In this document: one piece after another, positions 7,624 to 14,433 of the stretch
Layout of the letters: each line of letters opens with the position of its first letter
How positions within the stretch are numbered: the stretch's first letter is position 1
Assembly: GCA_035715345.1 (NCBI GenBank)
Contig: DASTLD010000480.1
Location: forward strand, 1 to 34,051
DNA length: 34,051 nt
Direction: 5' to 3'
DNA from: Longimicrobium sp.
Lineage (GTDB): Bacteria; Gemmatimonadota; Gemmatimonadetes; Longimicrobiales; Longimicrobiaceae
The notes under the pieces: generated by a model
What the model was told of the DNA's origin: nothing
Database searches by the model: none
What the model saw: only the letters and a program-made list of their open reading frames with translations
Translations under genes and position numbers: made by a program

Positions 7624-10600
7624 ATGCCCGAATCCAGCATCTTCTCCGCCCTGCCCGGCACGGGCGACCTGAGCCTGGGCGCCCTGCCCACCTCCGTGCC
7701 CCTGCCCACGCTCGACACGGACCTGGGCGGGATGAAGGAAAGCCTGATGGGCAGCCTGGGCGGCGGCATCCCGGCCGTGGAGATGCCCGACCTGAGCGGC
7801 GCCCCCAGCGTCTCCGGCTTCCGCAAGTCGCTGGAGGAGCCGCTCTCCGGCCTGACCAGCATCGACGCGGGCTCGCTGATGGAGAGCGCGAAGGGCGCGC
7901 TGCCCATCGAGATGCCCAAGGCCGGCTTCGACGTCAACGGCGTGGTGAGCAAGATCACCAGCCAGGTGCTGCCGCCGGAGGCCAGCGGGTCCATGGACAC
8001 GGACATCGGCCTGCCCCCCACGCTGGGCGACTTCACGGGGCCGCTGCGCCGGCTGGCGGAGGCGGGCGCCGCCACGCCGCTGCGCATGCTGAGCATGATG
8101 CTCACCATCCTGGACCGGCTGGTGGAGACGGCGACGGACGCGGACAAGCTCAAGCAGTTCACCGCCGAGGCGCTGGGCGAGATCCTGGTGGCGCAGGTGC
8201 AGAACCTCCGCGACGCGCTGCCGCTGGCGGCGCTGGAGCAGGCGCGCGCCCCGTTCGACGCGGGCTTCCTGGACCGCTACCAGGCGCTGCTGGCGCAGCT
8301 GGGCCGCGTGCAGGACGCCGCCGGGCCGGAGCTGCTGGCCACGGTGCAGGCGGTGCGCGCGGAGCTGGTGCCCGCCATCCGCCACGCGGGCGCCGCGGCC
8401 GCCACGCTGGGCCGCTTCCGCGCCGGCGACACCGACGAGGTGACGCGCGCGGTGCAGGCGGTGGTGGGCTTCTCCACCAGCGACGCGGTCTTCCTGCAGC
8501 CCATGTTCGACCGGGTGGAGGCGACGGTGGGCACGGTGGTGGACGCCATCGCCAGCCCGGTGCAGCAGCTGGCGGCCATGATCGGGCAGATCAAGGCCTA
8601 CCTGGAGATGGCGGCGGACAAGGCGGAAGAGGCGGCCACCGCGGTCAGCCAGAAGCTCTCCGCCACGCTGCGCACCCTGGCCGGGCACCTGGAGACGGCG
8701 CAGGCGCGCATCACCGAGCTGGAGGAGAAGGTCCGCGCCTTCATCGACAAGGTCGACGTCGGGCCCGTCATCGAGAAGTTCAAGGCCGGGCTGGTGACGG
8801 TGGTGGACGGCGTGGACAGCTTCTTCACCCAGGTGGAGAGCGTCCGCAAGCAGCTCGACGACGCGGTGGCCAAGCTGGACGCCGACGTGCGCGTCAAGTT
8901 CGACGAGGGGCTCAGGGCGGTGGAAGGGCAGATCCGCGGCCTGCTCGACCAGATCACCGGCGTGCTGGACCGGCCGGAGGTCAAGGACGTGCTGGACCAG
9001 GCGCGGCAGGGGGTGGAGAAGCTCAAGAAGGCCATCGAGGAGGCCTCGCTGCAGCAGGTGTTCGACCTGGTGATCAGCAAGACCGGCGCGCTGGAGGGCA
9101 AGATCCAGGCGATCGACACCTCGCGCCTGGGCACGCCGCAGAAGACGGCGCTCAAGGTGGGCGTCAAGATCATCCAGGAGGTCAAGGTCGACGACATCGT
9201 CAAGCCGGAGCTGGAGGCCGCCTTCGCGCAGATCATGGGTCCGCTGCGCGAGCTGATCCAGCTCCTCAAGGACAAGGTGCTCTTCGTCGAGAAGAAGATC
9301 GACGAGTTCGCGCCGGGCACGCTGGTGGCCGGCACCATCGAGCCCTACCTCAAGCCGGTGTTCGACGCGCTGGAGGGCTTTCGACCCAGCCAGCTCCTGC
9401 AGCCGCTCAAGGACGCGCTGGACTACCTGACCGGCCTGCTGGAGCAGCTCGACCCGCAGAAGCTGCTGGACGTGGTGCAGGGCCTGTACGACCAGCTCAC
9501 CGAGCTGGTGGAGTCGCTGGACCCGGCGCCGCTGAACGGGATGATCGCGGGCGCGGCCAACACGGCCACCGCGCAGCTCGGGCAGGTCCGCGACGTGTAC
9601 CTGGACGACATCGTCCGCACCATCAAGGAGACCGTCTCGCTGCAGAAGCTGCTGGAGGGCACGGGCATCCAGGAGATCGCGGACGCGGAGTTCTGGGACC
9701 TGCTGCGCAAGTGGCTGGGCGGCGCCTTCCTGGACGTCATCACCACCGCGGTGGACGACGTGGAGAAGCGGCTGGGCCAGGAGTTCGGCGGCCTGGACTA
9801 CGGCACCGCCGCGGCCGCCGTCGCCGACGTGGCGAAGGCGGTGGACGCGCAGTCCCGCATCGGCGCGGACGGGTTCCTGGCCAAGGTGACCGGCTTCCAG
9901 GGCGTGCTGGACGGCGCCGCGGTGCGCGTGCAGCAGCTCGATTCGCAGCGCCGCGCGCTGCTGGACGCCGGCCCGGCGCGCCCGGAGGTGGAGGCGGCGC
10001 TGCGCGAGCTGGCCCTGCAGCCCGTGCTGGACCTGGCCGCCGCGCTCAAGGCGACGGCCGCGGTGACCCCGGACGCCGCCACGGCCGCGGTGGAGAAGGT
10101 CAAGACCGCGCTCACCGGCCAGGCGGCCAAGCTGCGCGCCATCAACGAGGACGCGATCCGGCAGGCCGTCCCCAACCTTTTCAGGACGCAGCTCGGCGAC
10201 CCGGTGCGCGGCTTCGTGGCGCGCATGAAGGTCAAGCTGCAGCCGTTCGCGGACGCGGTGACGGCCATCCAGGACTTCCTCAAGACCACGCTGCAGGAGC
10301 TGCCCGCGCGGGTGGACCGCGTGGTGGGGGGCGTGCTGGACCAGCTCAAGGTGGACCTGAAGACGGTGCTGGGCGAGGTGATCGACACCATCGACACCCT
10401 GCGCGACGCCATCACGCGCACCATCACCCGCGTCTACGAGCAGGTCAAGGAGCAGGTGGAGAAGGTGAACCCCGCCTGGGTGCTCAACTCCTTCGTGGAG
10501 GCGGACCTGGCGGAGGGGGGCATCGCCGCCATGGCCACGGCCATCGCCGCGGCGGGCGACCAGCCGTCCGCGGCGCTGCAGACGCGCCTGGCCAGCGACC

Positions 10601-11259
10601 AGCTGGAGCTGGTGCGCGCGCGGCGGGGCGACTACGGCGCCGCGGTCATCGGCGCGCTGAACGGCGTGCTGCGCGACGCGGACTTCGCGGCGCGGCTGGG
10701 CACGGGGGCGCGCACGAAGGTGGACGCGGACGCGAAGGCGCTGGCGGAGACGCTCAAGACCGCGCAGGGCGACGCCTGGCTGGCCGCGCGCAAGGCGCAG
10801 ATCCGCAACTTCGCCCTCGCTCGCCAGCTCGACGCGGCGCAGAAGGCCTTCGCCGCGCCGGCCACGCGCAAGGCGGGGCTCATCCGCCTGAACCGCGTCA
10901 TCCTGGAGGTGCACTTCCCCGCCCACCTCAAGGCCGGGCTCCAGGGGCTGCATCCCTACGTCGTGGAGACGGTCGCGCACCTGTGGCCGGAGGAGACGGT
11001 GGCCCGGGTGGACAGGCTGTACGCGGACATCCTGAAGGACGTGAAGGCGCTGCCCGACCGGCTGATCCGCGCGCCGCTGGACGAGGCGTACGCCAAGGTC
11101 AAGGCCAAGCTGAAGGAGACCTTCGACATCCAGGGCATCTTCCGCGTGGTGGACCTCAAGATCGACGGCATCGAGGGCGACCTGTCCAAGGGGCTGGACC
11201 GGCTGAGCGTGGCGTACGAGCGGCTGCTGTCCACGCTGGACCAGCGCCTGGCGGCGTGA
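7624..11259 (+). CDS. 1211-aa alpha-helical repetitive protein (tape-measure-like or lumen/cargo candidate)
   Basis: Strong GC3 codon bias. Long amphipathic helical repeats (e.g. LDPQKLLDVVQGLYDQLTELVESLDP). Stop overlaps the hub start (TGATG). No enzyme motif recognised. Confidence 0.75.
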   Translation: MPESSIFSALPGTGDLSLGALPTSVPLPTLDTDLGGMKESLMGSLGGGIPAVEMPDLSGAPSVSGFRKSLEEPLSGLTSIDAGSLMESAKGALPIEMPKAGFDVNGVVSKITSQVLPPEASGSMDTDIGLPPTLGDFTGPLRRLAEAGAATPLRMLSMMLTILDRLVETATDADKLKQFTAEALGEILVAQVQNLRDALPLAALEQARAPFDAGFLDRYQALLAQLGRVQDAAGPELLATVQAVRAELVPAIRHAGAAAATLGRFRAGDTDEVTRAVQAVVGFSTSDAVFLQPMFDRVEATVGTVVDAIASPVQQLAAMIGQIKAYLEMAADKAEEAATAVSQKLSATLRTLAGHLETAQARITELEEKVRAFIDKVDVGPVIEKFKAGLVTVVDGVDSFFTQVESVRKQLDDAVAKLDADVRVKFDEGLRAVEGQIRGLLDQITGVLDRPEVKDVLDQARQGVEKLKKAIEEASLQQVFDLVISKTGALEGKIQAIDTSRLGTPQKTALKVGVKIIQEVKVDDIVKPELEAAFAQIMGPLRELIQLLKDKVLFVEKKIDEFAPGTLVAGTIEPYLKPVFDALEGFRPSQLLQPLKDALDYLTGLLEQLDPQKLLDVVQGLYDQLTELVESLDPAPLNGMIAGAANTATAQLGQVRDVYLDDIVRTIKETVSLQKLLEGTGIQEIADAEFWDLLRKWLGGAFLDVITTAVDDVEKRLGQEFGGLDYGTAAAAVADVAKAVDAQSRIGADGFLAKVTGFQGVLDGAAVRVQQLDSQRRALLDAGPARPEVEAALRELALQPVLDLAAALKATAAVTPDAATAAVEKVKTALTGQAAKLRAINEDAIRQAVPNLFRTQLGDPVRGFVARMKVKLQPFADAVTAIQDFLKTTLQELPARVDRVVGGVLDQLKVDLKTVLGEVIDTIDTLRDAITRTITRVYEQVKEQVEKVNPAWVLNSFVEADLAEGGIAAMATAIAAAGDQPSAALQTRLASDQLELVRARRGDYGAAVIGALNGVLRDADFAARLGTGARTKVDADAKALAETLKTAQGDAWLAARKAQIRNFALARQLDAAQKAFAAPATRKAGLIRLNRVILEVHFPAHLKAGLQGLHPYVVETVAHLWPEETVARVDRLYADILKDVKALPDRLIRAPLDEAYAKVKAKLKETFDIQGIFRVVDLKIDGIEGDLSKGLDRLSVAYERLLSTLDQRLAA

Positions 11260-12230
11260 TGCTGGTCGTCGGCTACAAGGTCACCGTGGGCGGCGCCGCG
11301 CTGGAGCCCGGCGACCAGGCACCCCTGCTGTCGCTGCTGTGCCAGGCCGCGCTGGACGTGCCCGCCAACCGCTGCCGCATCGCGGTGCACGGGGGATCGG
11401 ACCTGGCCGCCAAGCCGGGGGACGCGGTCAGCGTGGAGCTGGGCCACGGGGACGCGCTGGAGAAGGTGTTCACCGGCACGGTGGCCGGCGTGGCGCAGGG
11501 GTTCGCCGGCATCGAGGTGGAGGCGCTGGGCTCGTTCGCCGGGCTGGCGGCGGGGCGGCTGAACCTGCTGTACGAGAAGCAGACCGCGGGGGCCATCGTG
11601 AGCGACGTGCTGGGGCGGGTAGGGGCCACGGAGGGCAAGGTGGAGGCGGGGCCCAAGCTGCCCAGCTTCGCCCTGGACGACGGGCGCACGCTGTGGGCGC
11701 ACCTGCGGGCCCTGGCCACGCGCTGCGGCTTCGACCTGTACGCGGACGCGGACGACAAGGCGCAGTTCAAGGCCTACGCGGCGGCGGCGACGCACGCCTT
11801 CAGCTTCGGCGTGGACGTGCTGGCCTACGAGCACGGCGCCGCGCCGGCGGAGGTGGAGGGGGTGGAGGTGCTGGGCGAGAGCCCCGCCGGGCAGGGCCAG
11901 GGCGACGACGCCAGCGCCTGGCTGACCAAGAAGGACGTGAAGGGCACCGCCGGCAAGACCAGCGGCAGGGTGCTGCGCGTGGCGGACCGGGCCGCGCGCA
12001 ACCCCAACCTGGCGGGCGACTTCGCCAAGGGGCTGCTGGCGCCGCACCAGCCCACGGCGCGCGGCGGGGTCCGCCTGGTGGGCGCGCCGGCGGTCAAGCT
12101 GGGCGACGCGGTCAAGCTGGAGAAGCTGCCCGTGGCGGCGCACAACGGCGAGGGGCGGGTGACGGCGGTGCGGCACCGGCTGCACGCGCGGCTGGGGTTC
12201 GTGACGGACGTGGAGTGGGAGCGCGCGTGA
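11259..12230 (+). CDS. Baseplate hub protein, T4 gp27 / P2 gpD-like (323 aa)
   Basis: ATG at 11259 overlaps the upstream stop. Motifs GDAVSVELG..VFTGTV, YEKQTAGAIVSD, LWAHLRALATRCGFDLY, G.P.VKLGD...G.GRVTAVRH......GFVT. Confidence 0.88.
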   Translation: MLVVGYKVTVGGAALEPGDQAPLLSLLCQAALDVPANRCRIAVHGGSDLAAKPGDAVSVELGHGDALEKVFTGTVAGVAQGFAGIEVEALGSFAGLAAGRLNLLYEKQTAGAIVSDVLGRVGATEGKVEAGPKLPSFALDDGRTLWAHLRALATRCGFDLYADADDKAQFKAYAAAATHAFSFGVDVLAYEHGAAPAEVEGVEVLGESPAGQGQGDDASAWLTKKDVKGTAGKTSGRVLRVADRAARNPNLAGDFAKGLLAPHQPTARGGVRLVGAPAVKLGDAVKLEKLPVAAHNGEGRVTAVRHRLHARLGFVTDVEWERA

Positions 12231-12973
12231 TGGGCGATTCCGTCGTGGGGGTCATGCGGCGCGTGGCGGAGCACGAAGCCCGGCGCGTGCTGACCACGGA
12301 GCTGGGGGTGGTGACCGCCGTGTTTCCCCACGCGGACGAGGGGGACAAGGACAACTACCAGTGCTCCGTGCAGCTCCGCCACAAGGTGCTGCCGGACGGG
12401 CAGAAGCTGGAGCTGCGCCAGGTGCCCATCGCGGTGCCGTACATCGGGATGGCGGCCATCCCCAACGTGGGAGACCTGGTGCTGGTGCAGTTCGTGGGCG
12501 GCGACGTGAACCAGCCGGTGGTGACCGCGCGGCTCTACAACGACGAGGACCGGCCGCCGGCCAACCTCAAGGACGAGTTCCTGGTGATGCACAAGCCCAG
12601 GGAGGGGGGCAGCATCAAGATCGACAAGGATTCGAAGGTGGTCATCACCAGCAAGAGCAAGGAGAACGTGCTGACGGTGGACGACGAGGCCATCTCCTTC
12701 AAGAACGAGAAGTTCAGCCTGGTGATCGACTTCAAGGGCGAGAGCATCACCCTGACCAGCGACAAGGACCTGTCGCTGCTGGCCAGCAAGGGCAAGGTGC
12801 TGATCGATGCCAAGGAGCTGGAGATCAAGTCGGGGAGCACCATCAAGATCGGGGCGCCGAGCGGCAAGCTGAGCATCGAGGCGCAGGAGGCGGAGGTGAA
12901 GGCCAGCACGACCGCCAAGGTCGAGGCCAGCGCCGGCCTGACGCTCAAGGGCGCCACGATCGATCTGAACTGA
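12230..12973 (+). CDS. Central spike, gp5/gpV OB-fold plus beta-helix (247 aa)
   Basis: ELGVVTAV...IPNVGDLVLVQFVGGDVNQPVVTARLYN OB-fold signature. Lys/Ile/Ser beta-helical repeats. Ends KGATIDLN like VgrG C-termini. Confidence 0.92.
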   Translation: MGDSVVGVMRRVAEHEARRVLTTELGVVTAVFPHADEGDKDNYQCSVQLRHKVLPDGQKLELRQVPIAVPYIGMAAIPNVGDLVLVQFVGGDVNQPVVTARLYNDEDRPPANLKDEFLVMHKPREGGSIKIDKDSKVVITSKSKENVLTVDDEAISFKNEKFSLVIDFKGESITLTSDKDLSLLASKGKVLIDAKELEIKSGSTIKIGAPSGKLSIEAQEAEVKASTTAKVEASAGLTLKGATIDLN

Positions 12974-13037
12974 GGATGGGGATGCGGGGCGATGGGGTGC
13001 GGACGTACTCGCTGGAGGCACGGGCCTGCGCATGAGC

Positions 13038-13192
13038 CCCGGGCGAATGAATTCGCGGCAACGAAAACGTGATGTCGGCCTTCGCCGACAGGCGGGCGGG
13101 CGGCGGTGTGGGATGGGAGAGCCCGGCGCAGGGGCGCCCGGCGAATGAATTCGCGGCTGAGAAAACACGAAGTCGGCCTGCGCCGACTGCAG
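13038..13192 (+). repeat. Two tandem copies of a ~55-bp two-hairpin REP-like element
   Basis: Consensus GCGAAT-GA-ATTCGC ... GTCGGC-CT(T/G)C-GCCGAC at 13038-13092 and 13137-13192. Further family members occur at 30841-30989. Confidence 0.8.
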
Positions 13193-13210
13193 GGCCGCCA
13201 TCGGCGCGGG

Positions 13211-13428
13211 GCGCCACCACCGTTGTCATCCTGGGGGAGCGCGGCGCGGAAGGCGGTGCAGGAACGGGGTTTCGGCGCGACCGAAGGATCTCGTGTGCGT
13301 GGCGCGGGGGTGGGGCCGGAGAGCGGAGCCGGGCCCTGCGCCGGGCGGGCAAGATCCTTCGGTCGGCGCCACAGGCCGGCGAAAAGGCAAGCGCCGCAAG
13401 GCGCCTCCCTCAGGATGACAAGTGGCGC
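13211..13428. repeat. ~200-bp nested palindromic element (TGTCATCCTG...GAAGGATCT...AGATCCTTC...CAGGATGACA type)
   Basis: Outer arms TTGTCATCCTGGGGGAG (13223) / CTCCCTCAGGATGACAA (to 13421). Inner arms CGACCGAAGGATCT / AGATCCTTCGGTCG. Confidence 0.8.
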
Positions 13429-13457
13429 GTCACGGTGAGAGCCGGCGCTGCAACCAT

Positions 13458-13516
13458 GCACTAGGCACTAGGAACTAGGCACTCGGGCCTTTCGCACTCA
13501 CGCACTCACGCACTCC
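13458..13516 (+). repeat. Short tandem repeats (GCACTAG)x~4 and (CGCACTCA)x3
   Basis: Read directly: gcactag gcactag gaactag gcactcg ... cgcactca cgcactca cgcactcc, immediately before the ATG at 13520. Confidence 0.8.
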
Positions 13517-13519
13517 GAC

Positions 13520-13951
13520 ATGGCCGACTCCATCCTGATGACCGGCGACATGGTGATGTTCATCCCCGCGTTCTCGCCGGCGGTGATCGTCCCGGTGCCG
13601 GGGACGCTGGCGGGGACGGGGCGCGCCGGCATCGGCAAGAAGCCGGTGTGCGTGGACGGCGACGAGAAGAACGTGGTCGTGCCGGGCGTGGTCTACATGA
13701 CGCCCAGCCACCCCATCCCCGGCGTGGGCATCCTGACCATCGCCGCGCTGGGCGGCGACCAGAAGGCGAAGAAGACGAAGTGCGGCGGCAAGGCGGTGCT
13801 GCTCAAGGGCAGCACCTTCGACGCGAAGCTCCAGGTGACCGCGCCGGCGCAGCAGCCCGCGCCGCCCGGGCCGCCCGTGCCCGACGCCAACGCGGAGTAC
13901 AAGGGGAAGGGCCAGTTCATCACCACCAACGTGCAGGTCAAGGGCACCTGA
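13520..13951 (+). CDS. Spike-tip protein, PAAR-like, Afp10/Pvc10 (eCIS) type (143 aa)
   Basis: Pattern GD.V.F.PAF..A...GTG.A.I..KPVCV.GDEK.V...Y.TP.HP.PG.G..TI..L...Q...P.PD....GKG.FIT matches Afp10/Pvc10-like tips. Located after the spike. Confidence 0.82.
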   Translation: MADSILMTGDMVMFIPAFSPAVIVPVPGTLAGTGRAGIGKKPVCVDGDEKNVVVPGVVYMTPSHPIPGVGILTIAALGGDQKAKKTKCGGKAVLLKGSTFDAKLQVTAPAQQPAPPGPPVPDANAEYKGKGQFITTNVQVKGT

Positions 13952-13983
13952 GGCCCGCGACGACCTTCGCCATACGGAACCGC

Positions 13984-14427
13984 ATGCCGGACCCATTCCT
14001 GAGCGACCTGGCCCTGACCCGCCGCGCCACCAACGCGCTGACCAGCGACCGCGAGGCCGTGGACCTGCGCGCCGCGCGCGGCGACCTGCTGCGCGCATCC
14101 GGGCGCGACAACCTGGCGCAGGCCATCCTCAACCGCCTGTACACCCGCGTGGGCGCGCTGTCCGGCCTGGGCCACCCCGCCTACGGCAGCCGCCTGTACC
14201 TGCTGGCCGGCGAGCCGGACACGCGCCGCACCCGCGCCCTGGCGGAGTTCTACGTGCGCGAGGCGCTGGGCCGCGACCCGCGCGTCACCGCCGTGGACCA
14301 GGTGCTGTTCGAGACGTCGCCGCGCAACTCGCCGCTGCGCAACGCGCTGCGCATGCACGTGACCGTCGTGCCCGCGGGCGGCGAAGCGCCGCTTACGGTG
14401 ACCCTGACGCCCGCGCTGGGGGGCTGA
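13984..14427 (+). CDS. gp25/GPW-like baseplate protein, sheath initiator (147 aa)
   Basis: G.DNLAQAILNRL.T..G.L..LGHP.YGSRLY.L.GEP ... VREAL..DPRV..V signature. Confidence 0.92.
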   Translation: MPDPFLSDLALTRRATNALTSDREAVDLRAARGDLLRASGRDNLAQAILNRLYTRVGALSGLGHPAYGSRLYLLAGEPDTRRTRALAEFYVREALGRDPRVTAVDQVLFETSPRNSPLRNALRMHVTVVPAGGEAPLTVTLTPALGG

Positions 14428-14433
14428 CCGGCC

